The notes under the pieces: model-generated
The model's database searches: none
Told to the model about the DNA's origin: nothing
What the model saw: the letters and a program-made list of their open reading frames with translations, nothing else
Made by a program: the position numbers and the translations under genes
Shown: positions 47,634 through 56,527 of the stretch, one piece after another
How the letters are laid out: each line of letters begins with the position of its first letter
Numbering within the stretch: the first letter of the stretch is position 1
Source of the DNA: an uncultured Anaerolineaceae bacterium
Lineage (GTDB): Bacteria > Chloroflexota > Anaerolineae > Aggregatilineales > Phototrophicaceae
Direction: 5' to 3'
Assembly (NCBI GenBank): GCA_964457835.1
Contig: CAYWGJ010000006.1
Span: 402 to 64,401 of the forward strand
DNA length: 64,000 bases

Positions 47634-48038
47634 ATGATTAGCGACCCGATCGCAGATATGCTCACGCGCATTCGCAACGCGCTGATGGCTCGCAAGGCCA
47701 CCACTGAGGTGCCCTATTCCAAGATCAAGGCAGAAATTGCCCGCATCTTGAAAGAAGAGGGCTACATCGAGGATTATGTCATCCGTGAAGCTGAACCCGT
47801 CGCGATGATCGACATTCAGCTTAAGTACTACGGCAGCCGCCGCACACGCCGCCCGGTCATCACGAACCTGTCGCGCATTAGCAAGCCGGGCCGCCGCGTT
47901 TACCGTGGCCGCCGCGACCTGCCCCGCGTGCTCAGTGGCTCCGGCATCGCCATTCTGACGACCCCCAAAGGGGTCATGACGGCGGAAACCGCCCGTCGTG
48001 AGCACGTCGGTGGCGAGGTACTGTGCTACGTGTGGTAG
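47634..48038 (+). CDS. rpsH: 30S ribosomal protein S8
   Basis: [19 protein letters not shown]...[11 protein letters not shown]...ISKPGRRVY...[13 protein letters not shown]. Confidence 0.96.
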   Translation: MISDPIADMLTRIRNALMARKATTEVPYSKIKAEIARILKEEGYIEDYVIREAEPVAMIDIQLKYYGSRRTRRPVITNLSRISKPGRRVYRGRRDLPRVLSGSGIAILTTPKGVMTAETARREHVGGEVLCYVW

Positions 48039-48056
48039 CTGTGGGGAGGAGATACG

Positions 48057-48605
48057 ATGTCACGTATTGGTAGAAAACCGGTTGCAATCCCGGCCAAAGT
48101 TGAAATCAAGCTGGACGGCCAGCACCTGAAGGTCAAAGGGCCTAAGGGCGAGCTGGAAATGGAGATCCACCCAGACATGCATGTCGAGATGGAAGACGGC
48201 CAGCTCATGGTCACGCGCCCCAGCGACCTGAAGCATCACCGGGCGCTGCATGGCCTGACCCGTGCGCTGATCGCCAACATGGTGCAGGGTGTTTCTGAGG
48301 GCTTCCGCCGCACGTTGATGATCGAGGGTGTGGGCTATCAAGCACAGCTTCAGGACAGCAATTTGGTGATGAAGCTGGGATTCTCGCATGATGTCGTGAT
48401 TGAACCGCCGCCTAATGTGACTTTCGACGTGCCTAAGGATAAGCGCGGCACGCTGCTGCACATTGACGGGATCGATAAACAGGTCGTCGGCCAGCTTGCG
48501 GCCAACATTCGTGGGCTGCGCCCGCCGGAGCCTTACAAGGGCAAGGGTGTGCGCTACGAAGGCGAGATTATCCGTCGCAAAGCGGGTAAGGCTGGCAAGA
48601 AGTAA
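48057..48605 (+). CDS. rplF: 50S ribosomal protein L6
   Basis: MSRIGRKPVAIPAKVEIKLDGQHLKVKGPKGEL...GVGYQAQ...PEPYKGKGVRYEGE. Confidence 0.96.
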   Translation: MSRIGRKPVAIPAKVEIKLDGQHLKVKGPKGELEMEIHPDMHVEMEDGQLMVTRPSDLKHHRALHGLTRALIANMVQGVSEGFRRTLMIEGVGYQAQLQDSNLVMKLGFSHDVVIEPPPNVTFDVPKDKRGTLLHIDGIDKQVVGQLAANIRGLRPPEPYKGKGVRYEGEIIRRKAGKAGKK

Positions 48606-48617
48606 AGGACTGTTCAA

Positions 48618-48992
48618 ATGGGTGAAAAAGACGTCAAGAAGAAGTACGCGGCGCGTAAGCGCCGTCAGCGCCGCATCCGTGCGCATTTGTATGGCACTGC
48701 GGAACGCCCGCGCCTCAATATCTTTCGCAGCCTGACGCACATCTACGCGCAGGTGATCGATGATGAGCGTGGTGTGACTTTGGTTTCCGCTTCTACGCTG
48801 GACAGCGAAGTGCGCGCTCAGATCGACGGCAAGCAGAAGCGCGATGCTGCCCGCGTAGTAGGTGAAGTCGTTGCCAAACGCGCTAAGGATGCCGGTGTCA
48901 CCAGCGTGGTGTTTGATCGCGGCGGCTTCCGCTATCAGGGCCGTGTGGCAGCACTGGCCGAAGGTGCCCGTGAAGGCGGGCTGGAGTTCTAA
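48618..48992 (+). CDS. rplR: 50S ribosomal protein L18
   Basis: [37 protein letters not shown]...[28 protein letters not shown]. Confidence 0.95.
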   Translation: MGEKDVKKKYAARKRRQRRIRAHLYGTAERPRLNIFRSLTHIYAQVIDDERGVTLVSASTLDSEVRAQIDGKQKRDAARVVGEVVAKRAKDAGVTSVVFDRGGFRYQGRVAALAEGAREGGLEF

Positions 48993-49001
48993 GGATAGAC
49001 T

Positions 49002-49640
49002 ATGGCTGATAACCGAGATAACAGACGAGGCCGTGACCGTCGTGATGACGACCGCGAAGAACTTGATGAGCGCGTGGTAGACATCACCCGCGTTGCTAAA
49101 GTCATCAAAGGTGGCCGCCGCTTCGCCTTCCGCACGGTGGTCATCGTGGGCGATAACCATGGTCGCGTTGGCATTGGTGTGGGTAAATCGCGTGGCGTGC
49201 CTGATAGCATTCGCAAAGGTTCAGAGCGTGCTCGCCGTCAGATGCGCAAAGTTCCGCTGGCTGGCAGCACTATTCCCCATGAAGTGGTGGGGCGTTTTGC
49301 GGGGGCTAAAGTCATGCTGAAGCCTGCTGCGCCCGGTACGGGTGTGATTGCCGGTGGTGGCGTGCGCGCTGTGCTGGAGGCCGTTGGTGTGCGCGACATC
49401 CTGACCAAGAGCCAGGGCAGCGCCAACCTACTCAATGTGGCGATGGCGACCATCGAAGCGCTGGAACAGCTCCGCAGTGCGGAGGAAATCGCCCGGACCC
49501 GAGGTGTGCAGATTGATCATGTGCGACCCTTCTGGGAACGCCCACACCGTAAAGCCGGCCTGGTAACCGATGCGCCGCCCGTGGATGATGCGCCCCCCGC
49601 ACCTGTTGCTGAGCCAATCGGTGAGGACGAGGACGAATAA
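49002..49640 (+). CDS. rpsE: 30S ribosomal protein S5 with charged N-terminal and Pro/acidic C-terminal extensions
   Basis: Core: [46 protein letters not shown]...[28 protein letters not shown]. At 212 aa it is longer than the roughly 165-170 aa I recall for typical S5 proteins. Confidence 0.94.
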   Translation: MADNRDNRRGRDRRDDDREELDERVVDITRVAKVIKGGRRFAFRTVVIVGDNHGRVGIGVGKSRGVPDSIRKGSERARRQMRKVPLAGSTIPHEVVGRFAGAKVMLKPAAPGTGVIAGGGVRAVLEAVGVRDILTKSQGSANLLNVAMATIEALEQLRSAEEIARTRGVQIDHVRPFWERPHRKAGLVTDAPPVDDAPPAPVAEPIGEDEDE

Positions 49641-49642
49641 TC

Positions 49643-49846
49643 ATGAGTGACGCTAAGTACTTGAAGATCACCCTGGTGCGCAGCCCCATTGGTTACAAGA
49701 AGAACCAGCGTGTCACTGCTGAGACCTTGGGCCTGCGTAAGCTGAATGCCAGTGTCGTACATAAAGAGACGCCGCAGATCCGCGGGATGATTAATAAGAT
49801 CACCCACCTGCTGCACGTCGAAGAGGTCGATGCCCCACAAAGTTAG
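49643..49846 (+). CDS. rpmD: 50S ribosomal protein L30
   Basis: [56 protein letters not shown]. Confidence 0.93.
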   Translation: MSDAKYLKITLVRSPIGYKKNQRVTAETLGLRKLNASVVHKETPQIRGMINKITHLLHVEEVDAPQS

Positions 49847-49903
49847 GGGTTGATGAGGAAAGGAGGCAGGCGTCGGCCTCATACGTCGCACGCCGATACA
49901 GCC

Positions 49904-50425
49904 ATGAGACTGCACGATCTCAAACCCGAACCCGGTTCGGTGAAGAAGAAGACCCGTGTCGGTCGCGGTATCGCGGCGGGCAAGGGCAAAACCGCAGGAC
50001 GCGGTACCAAAGGTCAAGGCGCTCGCCGTGGCGGTGGTAAGGGGCCGTACTTTGAGGGTGGTCAGCTGCCGTTGGTACGCCGTCTGCCGTTCAAGCGTGG
50101 CTTTACCAACTTGTTCCGTATCCCTTACCAGGAAATCAACGTTGATGTCCTCGAAGCCCGTTTTGAGGCGGGTACGGAAATCACGCCACAGCTCTTGGCT
50201 CAAACTGGCCTGGTGCGCGACCCGGATGAACCCGTGGTTGTCTTAGGACGTGGCGAGCTGACCAAGGCCTTTAACGTCCAGGCCCAGCGCTTTACCAAGA
50301 GTGCCGAGGAAAAGATCAAGGCGGCAGGGGGCCAAACAACCGTGCTGCCACTGCTGCTGACTGGTGCGCAGGCCACAGTCAAGCGCCCGCGCAAAGAAGT
50401 GATTGCCAAGCTCAAGGGCGAGTAA
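49904..50425 (+). CDS. rplO: 50S ribosomal protein L15
   Basis: MRLHDLKPEPGSVKKKTRVGRGIAAGKGKTAGRGTKGQ.AR.GG....FEGGQLPL.RRLPKRGF. ATG 49904 lies inside the longer ORF-track frame. Confidence 0.95.
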   Translation: MRLHDLKPEPGSVKKKTRVGRGIAAGKGKTAGRGTKGQGARRGGGKGPYFEGGQLPLVRRLPFKRGFTNLFRIPYQEINVDVLEARFEAGTEITPQLLAQTGLVRDPDEPVVVLGRGELTKAFNVQAQRFTKSAEEKIKAAGGQTTVLPLLLTGAQATVKRPRKEVIAKLKGE

Positions 50426-50542
50426 TCATCATGCAGCCCATGCCCAGGCCGGCCTAATGGTGACAGATGGCCGGCCTTGTTGTATCATGGGTGCCCATTG
50501 CGCTTGGAACACACGACGGATGCGATACAGAGGAAGTTTCTT

Positions 50543-51877
50543 ATGATTGAAGCGCTGCGCAACGCCTGGCGTTTGCCTGATGTACGTAACAAGTTGCTGG
50601 TCACCGGCTTGATTTTGTTGGTGTATCAGTTTGCCGCGCATGTGCCGGTAGTGGGTGTGGACCGCGAGGCGCTCAGCATTTTGCTGGACCCTACCGCGAC
50701 GGGCGCTGGCCTCATTGGTGTGCTTAACCTGCTGTCGGGTGGTGCGGTCGCCAACTTCAGCATCTTGGCGAATGGTGTCTACCCATACATTACCGCGTCG
50801 ATTATCTTCCAGCTGCTGATCCCGGTGATCCCCAGCCTGCGTGAACTTCAGCGCGAGCCGGGCGGCCAGGAAAAGATCACGCGCTACACCTACTACGTCA
50901 CTATTCCGATGGCTGTGCTGCAAGCCTTCGGCCAGATTCAGATTTTTAACGCGCTTCTGGAAGGCCGGCAGATCATCCCTGGTTTTGGCTCAGACTTCCT
51001 GCTGACGATTTCTGTACTGGCAACGATGACCGCCGGAACGATGTTCGCCGTGTGGCTGGGCGAACTCATCACCGAGCAGGGTATTGGTAACGGTATTTCG
51101 CTGATCATTTTCGCGGGTATCGTGGCAGAAGCCCCGACTAACTTTGCCAATATGGTGACCAACTCGCCGGATACAGGCATTGCGCTGTGGAACGTCTTCT
51201 TGTTCGTGCTCATCACCCTGGTGAGCGTCGTCGTGATCGTGCTCATCCAGGAAGGCATACGGCGTATACCGGTACAATATGGTAAGCGCGTGCGTGGCCG
51301 CAAGCAGTACGGTGGGGCCAGCACCCATATCCCCATGCGCGTGAACCCGGTCGGCATGATCCCGCTAATCTTCTCGCAGGCGATCATCACGATGCCTGCT
51401 GTCCTGGTCAGCTTCTTCCCACCCGGAGCCTTCGGTGAAAGCATCACGGCCACTTTCGGTAATCAGTCGGGCCTGGTGTATTGGTTCACCTTCTTCTTGC
51501 TGACGGTGGCCTTCACCTTCTTCTACAGTGACGTGATGGTGCAGAATCAGGACTTGGCTGGTAACTTGCAGCGCAATGGCGGTTTCATACCCGGCATCCG
51601 GCCCGGTAAGCGCACAGAAGAGTACATCATCCGTGTGACGCGGCGCATCACGCTGGTGGGTGCCGTTTTCCTGGGGATCATTGCTGTCGTGCCGGGTGTG
51701 GTGGACTTGATCAACGGGCTGCTTTTCCAGCAGGCCTTCGTGGGCAATACGGCCAGCAACCCTGCTTTGGTGCTGACCGGTGCTGGCCTCATCATCGTGG
51801 TCGGTGTGGTGATCGATACCATGCGCCAGCTCGAGGCCCAACTCGTGATGCGCAACTACGAAGGCTTCATGCGTTAA
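50543..51877 (+). CDS. secY: Preprotein translocase subunit SecY
   Basis: MIEALRNAWRLPDVRNKLL.T..LL.VYQF..HVPV.GV...; TMTAGTMFAVWLGELITEQGIGNGISLIIFAGI; QLEAQLVMRNYEGF. Confidence 0.95.
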   Translation: MIEALRNAWRLPDVRNKLLVTGLILLVYQFAAHVPVVGVDREALSILLDPTATGAGLIGVLNLLSGGAVANFSILANGVYPYITASIIFQLLIPVIPSLRELQREPGGQEKITRYTYYVTIPMAVLQAFGQIQIFNALLEGRQIIPGFGSDFLLTISVLATMTAGTMFAVWLGELITEQGIGNGISLIIFAGIVAEAPTNFANMVTNSPDTGIALWNVFLFVLITLVSVVVIVLIQEGIRRIPVQYGKRVRGRKQYGGASTHIPMRVNPVGMIPLIFSQAIITMPAVLVSFFPPGAFGESITATFGNQSGLVYWFTFFLLTVAFTFFYSDVMVQNQDLAGNLQRNGGFIPGIRPGKRTEEYIIRVTRRITLVGAVFLGIIAVVPGVVDLINGLLFQQAFVGNTASNPALVLTGAGLIIVVGVVIDTMRQLEAQLVMRNYEGFMR

Positions 51878-51902
51878 GGCGCTACGCCTTGATGCCTATC
51901 TT

Positions 51903-51940
51903 CAGACCTGTGCCCATTCGATGGGTGCAGGTCTGATGTT
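51903..51940 (+). terminator. Terminator-like hairpin after secY
   Basis: CAGACCTGTGCCCA (51903-51916) pairs with TGGGTGCAGGTCTG (51922-51935), 14 bp with two G-U pairs and a 5-nt loop. It is followed by ATGTTTG, a weak U-tract. Confidence 0.5.
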
Positions 51941-51969
51941 TGCAAGAGCTTAGTGAAAAGATTTACAAT
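51940..51969 (+). promoter_or_regulatory. Candidate sigma-70-like promoter for adk-map
   Basis: TTGCAA (51940-51945), 18-nt spacer, TACAAT (51964-51969), about 40 nt upstream of the adk ATG at 52012. Confidence 0.35.
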
Positions 51970-52011
51970 ACCCCGCGTTGACCCGCTATACCTTTGGAGA
52001 AAACACTTAAA

Positions 52012-52716
52012 ATGGGCCTCTACTTAATCATCATGGGCGTACAAGGTGCCGGTAAAGGGATGCAGGCTGGTATTGTCAGCCAGCACTACGGCATTCCGCA
52101 TATATCCACTGGGGACCTCTTCCGTGCTATGCGCAGCCGCGAAGATGCCCTCGCGAAGAAAATCCAGGACATTATGAAGTCTGGGGCGTTGGTCTCAGAT
52201 GATGACACCAACGAGGTGCTTCTGGATCGCTTGCAACAGGACGATGCCCAGGGCGGCGTTATCCTGGACGGCTATCCGCGCAATATCGCCCAGGCGCAGT
52301 GGCTGGAAATGCATCTGGCGGAAAAAGGCGAAAAACTGGGCGGCGTGCTGCTGCTGGAACTTGATCTCTACACAGCTTTTAAGCGTGCCTTCGGGCGTGT
52401 CAGCGCTGCGGATGGTGCATCCTATAACATCTACTACAACAGCGAGGGCGTGGACTGGGCCTTTGTCGATCACCCCGAAAAAGCTTACCCGCCGCAGCTT
52501 CAAGCCACGCTGAATGTTACCGGTGAAGTACTCAAGCGCCGCCCCGATGATGCCAATGCCCATGCTGTGCTCAAGCGCATTGATACTTTTATGGAGAGTA
52601 CTGCGCCGCTCATCGATCATTACGCGGCTAAAGACCTGCTGGTGCGCATCAATGCCGATCAATCCATCGCAGCGGTGACGACCGACATCAAGCAGGCTGT
52701 TGATGCCCTGACGTGA
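52012..52716 (+). CDS. adk: Adenylate kinase with an extended, cysteine-free LID region
   Basis: LIIMGVQGAGKGMQAG.....YGIPHISTGDLFRA...ILDGYPRNIAQA. The LID GRVSAADGASYNIYYNSEGVDWAFVDHPEKAYPPQLQATLNVTGEVLKRRPDD is 53 aa with no Cys. Confidence 0.9.
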   Translation: MGLYLIIMGVQGAGKGMQAGIVSQHYGIPHISTGDLFRAMRSREDALAKKIQDIMKSGALVSDDDTNEVLLDRLQQDDAQGGVILDGYPRNIAQAQWLEMHLAEKGEKLGGVLLLELDLYTAFKRAFGRVSAADGASYNIYYNSEGVDWAFVDHPEKAYPPQLQATLNVTGEVLKRRPDDANAHAVLKRIDTFMESTAPLIDHYAAKDLLVRINADQSIAAVTTDIKQAVDALT

Positions 52717-52761
52717 GGTCTTGGTGGTCGATTCGTCTAAACAACAACCGAAAGTGCAACC

Positions 52762-53562
52762 ATGAGCATCACGCTGAAAAGCCCTGAAGAGATTGTCATC
52801 ATGCGCCAGGCTGGGCGTATCGTCGCGGAAGCACACGAAGCCATGCGGCAGGCACTGCGCCCCGGTATCAGCACCGCTGAGCTGGACAAGATCGCTGAGA
52901 CTGTGATCCGCGATCATGGCGCAACCCCCGCTTTTCTCAACTATCCCAAGCCAAACTCGCCCGCTTTTCCAGCCACGATTACGGCCAGCATCAACGAAGA
53001 GCTGGTGCACGGTATTCCGCACCCGGACCGCCTGCTGCAAGAGGGGGATATCGTGAGTCTGGACACGGGCTGTCACTATCAGGGTTTTGTTGGTGATGCG
53101 GCGCGCACCTGGGCCATCGGCGAGATTCCCCCTTCAGTGCAGCGCCTGCTGGATGTCACCGAGCACGCGCTGGAACGCGCTATTGTGGCCTGTGTGGTGG
53201 GCAATGAAGTCCGCGATGTAGCGCTTGCGGTGCAGAAATACGTCGAAAGCCAGGGCTATAGCGTTGCGCGTGATTACACCGGGCATGGGGTAGGGCGCAA
53301 GATGCACGAAGAGCCGCAAGTACCCAACTGGTGGCCGCGTAAGGGCAATTCGAAGAAGGGGCGGCGCACCACCTGGCACAGTGAACCACTTCAGCCGGGC
53401 ATGACTTTGGCCCTGGAGCCGATGGTCATTGCAGGCCGCCCCGACACGAAGGAACTGGCCGACAAATGGACGGTCGTCACCAAGGACGGCTCGCTTTGTG
53501 CGCACACTGAACACAGCGTGGCCGTCACGGAAGGTGAACCGATCATCTTGACGCTGCCCTAG
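52762..53562 (+). CDS. map: Type I methionine aminopeptidase
   Basis: LKSPEEIVIMRQAGRIVAEAHEAM...HGIP....L.EGDIVSLDTGC.Y.GFVGDAA.T...GHGVGRKMHEEPQVPN...LEPMV...EHSVAVTE. Confidence 0.93.
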   Translation: MSITLKSPEEIVIMRQAGRIVAEAHEAMRQALRPGISTAELDKIAETVIRDHGATPAFLNYPKPNSPAFPATITASINEELVHGIPHPDRLLQEGDIVSLDTGCHYQGFVGDAARTWAIGEIPPSVQRLLDVTEHALERAIVACVVGNEVRDVALAVQKYVESQGYSVARDYTGHGVGRKMHEEPQVPNWWPRKGNSKKGRRTTWHSEPLQPGMTLALEPMVIAGRPDTKELADKWTVVTKDGSLCAHTEHSVAVTEGEPIILTLP

Positions 53563-53570
53563 CCAGCACA

Positions 53571-53604
53571 GGCGGGGTACTAAGGTTGCACTCGGTACCC
53601 CGCC
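53571..53604. terminator. Hairpin between convergent map and treS (bidirectional terminator candidate)
   Basis: GGCGGGGTAC (53571-53580) pairs with GTACCCCGCC (53595-53604), 10 bp with a 14-nt loop. No strong U-tract on either side. Confidence 0.4.
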
Positions 53605-53618
53605 GCCGTTGGGCCACC

Positions 53619-55238
53619 TTAGTCCGCGCGCAGCCGCAGCCAACGGTATGCATAGGCCTCCAGCTCAATTTCCCCGCTGACTGGCATGTTTTCGAATTGC
53701 AGTAGGTCAATAAACGCCATGTTCTCTGGCAGCGTAAGCGTGACTGGCGCGCCGCTGAGGTTGTGCAGCGCCAGCACACGTTGTCCATTGGCTGCGTCAG
53801 CACGCCAGAAGCACAGCAGCGAATCCGGCAGGATGTCGGTACCCCACCAGTGCAGTGAACCGCTGGCGAAGATCGGGTTGTCTTTGCGCATCAGGATCAT
53901 ACGCCGCACCGTGTGCAGCAGCGAGGTGCTGTGCTCGCGTTGTGCTTCCACGTTGACGCGGCTGTAACCGTATTCTGGATCACTGACCATGGGCGAATAA
54001 AGGTTGTCATACGCTGTGGACGAAAAGCCGCCATTCACATCGTCGGACCACTGCATGGGGGTGCGCACACCATTGCGGTCGGGAAGCTGAAGGTTATCAC
54101 CCATGCCGATTTCGTCCCCGTAGTATAACACCGGCGCACCGGGCAGGGTCAGCAGCATAGAATGCAGCAGCTCGATCTTGCGGCGATCGTTGTTGACCAA
54201 CGGTGCCAGCCGCCGACGGATGCCCAGGTTCAGCCGCATGATGCTTTCTGGCGCGTAGTAGTCCCACATGAATTCACGGTCGTCCTCGCTGACCATCTCA
54301 AGGGTGAGTTCGTCGTGATTGCGCAGGAAGGTGGCCCATTGTGTGCCGTTGGGTAGGGGGGGCGTGGCGTCCACGATTTCGATGATGTCCGCGCGGCTCT
54401 GACGAGCTAGGGCCATGTACAGGCGCGGCATCACCGGGAAGTTAAAGCACATGTGAAATTCTGGCGCTTCGGGTTCACCAAAGTAGTGGATCACCTCGCT
54501 GGGCCATTGATTCGCTTCGGCCAACAGCACCGCGTGTGGATAGTTTTGATCCACAAAGGCGCGCAGCTTCTGCAAGATCGCGTGCGTCTCCGGCAGGTTT
54601 TCGCAGTTGGTGCCTTCACGTTCGATGAGGTAGGGCACGGCATCTACCCGGAAGCCATCAATACCCAGGTCCAGCCAGAATCGCACGATGTTTTCCAGTT
54701 CCTGATACACTTTTAAATTATCGTAGTTCAGGTCTGGCTGTGATGAGTAAAAGCGGTGCCAGTAGTACTGTCCGCTGGGTTCATCGTAGGCCCAGTTAGA
54801 CTGCTCCGTATCCAGGAAGATGATGCGTGCTTCGTTGTATAGCTCTGGATCGTCCGACCATACGTAGTAATCGCGCAGGGGGCTGTCCTTGCTGCGGCGG
54901 GCCTCTTTGAACCAAGGGTGTTCCTCCGAGGTATGGTTGACTACCAGGTCCAGGATGATGCGCATTCCGCGGCGGTGAATCTCGTTAATCGCCATTTTGA
55001 AGTCTTCTAGGTGCCCGAAGCGCGGGTCAATACCGTAAAAGCTGGCGATGTCGTAACCGTCGTCCTTGCCAGGGGAAGGATAGACAGGAGTCATCCAGAT
55101 ACAGTCCACGCCCAGCCATTCTAAGTATTCCAGGCGCTGCCGCAGCCCGATAAAATCTCCATACCCATCGCCGTTGCCGTCTGCGAAGGCGCGCGGGTAT
55201 AGCTCGTAGAACACTGCGTTGATGTGCCAGTTTTCCAT
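53619..55238 (-). CDS. treS: Trehalose synthase / maltose alpha-D-glucosyltransferase (GH13)
   Basis: [58 protein letters not shown]; [14 protein letters not shown]; [10 protein letters not shown]; [18 protein letters not shown]...[18 protein letters not shown] (TreS-type signature from memory). Confidence 0.85.
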   Translation of the reverse strand: MENWHINAVFYELYPRAFADGNGDGYGDFIGLRQRLEYLEWLGVDCIWMTPVYPSPGKDDGYDIASFYGIDPRFGHLEDFKMAINEIHRRGMRIILDLVVNHTSEEHPWFKEARRSKDSPLRDYYVWSDDPELYNEARIIFLDTEQSNWAYDEPSGQYYWHRFYSSQPDLNYDNLKVYQELENIVRFWLDLGIDGFRVDAVPYLIEREGTNCENLPETHAILQKLRAFVDQNYPHAVLLAEANQWPSEVIHYFGEPEAPEFHMCFNFPVMPRLYMALARQSRADIIEIVDATPPLPNGTQWATFLRNHDELTLEMVSEDDREFMWDYYAPESIMRLNLGIRRRLAPLVNNDRRKIELLHSMLLTLPGAPVLYYGDEIGMGDNLQLPDRNGVRTPMQWSDDVNGGFSSTAYDNLYSPMVSDPEYGYSRVNVEAQREHSTSLLHTVRRMILMRKDNPIFASGSLHWWGTDILPDSLLCFWRADAANGQRVLALHNLSGAPVTLTLPENMAFIDLLQFENMPVSGEIELEAYAYRWLRLRAD

Positions 55239-55306
55239 TCACGTACTCCGTCAATGTGTACACAGCCCACGCTTTGGCGCGCGGACCGCCGATCAACTAC
55301 GCAAAT

Positions 55307-56341
55307 CTACAGCGCGTGGATGCGCCTTACTTCCTCAATAAGCGGGGTGACATCAGGTTCACCACTCGGCAGTGGGCGCTTGCCGAACGGGTCACTGAGG
55401 TCTTCGTCCCCGATAAGGGCGTGGGCAATATTGCGCACACCATGTGCCAGTACACCGAGATCGTAGCCACCTTCCAACGCAAAGACGATGCGTCCACTCG
55501 CCAGTTTGTCCGCCATACGGATCAATTCGTGCGTCAGATAGGCGTACCCCTCTAGGCTGAGGCGCAGCATCGCCAGCGGGTCCTTCCAGTGTGCGTCAAA
55601 ACCCGCCGAGACCAGGATCAACTCCGGTTGGAATCGCTGTGCAGCCGGCCAGATGAGTTGTTGGTAGACCTGGTAGAAGCTCTCATCACCATGCCCTGGG
55701 CGTAGTGGCACGTTCAGCGTGTAGCCCCGCCCCTTGCCATGTCCGGTTTCGTTTAGGCTGCCGGTGCCTGGATAAAACGGGGCTTGGTGTGTGGAAATGA
55801 ACAGCACACTGTCATCGGCGTAGAACATGTCTTGGGTGCCGTTGCCGTGATGTACGTCATAATCGACAATCATAATCCGCTTCAGGCCGTATTCACGTTG
55901 GGCAAAGCGCGCCGCGATGGGCACATTTCCAAGCAAGCAGAAGCCCATACCGCGATCCGCCAGCGCGTGATGTCCAGGGGGACGCACCGCGGCCAGCGCG
56001 TTGTCCGCACGTCCACTGAGCACGGCATCTACTCCTGCGACCACTCCCCCTGCTGACAACCGCGCGACTTCCGCTGATTCGGGCATGGCAAAGGTATCGG
56101 AGTCGAACTGCACCATGCGGTCCTGTGTCACCATCCAGTTGAGCATCTCGACGTAGCTGGCGCTGTGTACGCTGTGCAGCAGGGTGTCATCTACTGGTGC
56201 AGGATCAAGACGCTTCATGCGCGGCAGCAGGTGCGCAGCATCCAACTGCTGCCATACGGCCTGGATGCGGCCTGCATGTTCAGGATGACCGGGGAAGTCG
56301 TGCTCAGTGTATCGGGGGTGCGTGACGTATGCGGTGGTCAT
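55307..56341 (-). CDS. Histone deacetylase-family (AcuC/Aph-like) deacetylase
   Basis: RPPGHHA....GFCLLGNV.IAA...IMIVDYDVHHGNGTQDMFY...FYPGTG...SAGFDAH..DPL...EGGY. Confidence 0.88.
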   Translation of the reverse strand: MTTAYVTHPRYTEHDFPGHPEHAGRIQAVWQQLDAAHLLPRMKRLDPAPVDDTLLHSVHSASYVEMLNWMVTQDRMVQFDSDTFAMPESAEVARLSAGGVVAGVDAVLSGRADNALAAVRPPGHHALADRGMGFCLLGNVPIAARFAQREYGLKRIMIVDYDVHHGNGTQDMFYADDSVLFISTHQAPFYPGTGSLNETGHGKGRGYTLNVPLRPGHGDESFYQVYQQLIWPAAQRFQPELILVSAGFDAHWKDPLAMLRLSLEGYAYLTHELIRMADKLASGRIVFALEGGYDLGVLAHGVRNIAHALIGDEDLSDPFGKRPLPSGEPDVTPLIEEVRRIHAL

Positions 56342-56442
56342 GGGTGTCGTGATCTCTCTGGTATGCCGGTATTATAATGATTGTGAGGGCTGTGCACAGC
56401 GGCGCTTGTATCGCGGCGGCTGAACCAGGACGGAGTGACAAT

Positions 56443-56470
56443 TTTACATCACGCGGTTCTGCCCTATAAT
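56443..56470 (+). promoter_or_regulatory. Candidate sigma-70-like promoter for the AAA+ ATPase gene
   Basis: TTTACA (56443-56448), 16-nt spacer, TATAAT (56465-56470), about 57 nt upstream of ATG 56528. A second, palindromic ATTATAAT at 56371-56378 could serve the divergent deacetylase gene. Confidence 0.45.
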
Positions 56471-56527
56471 AGTAAGACTGCGCATCGAGCGACAGTCAAT
56501 CAAGCAGCCAATTAAGGGAAACACTGT

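Noticed and set aside
46160-49160. 266-aa and 366-aa minus-strand ORFs crossing several ribosomal protein genes
   Set aside because: They span multiple plus-strand r-protein genes and intergenic RBS regions, so they cannot be real alongside the conserved operon.
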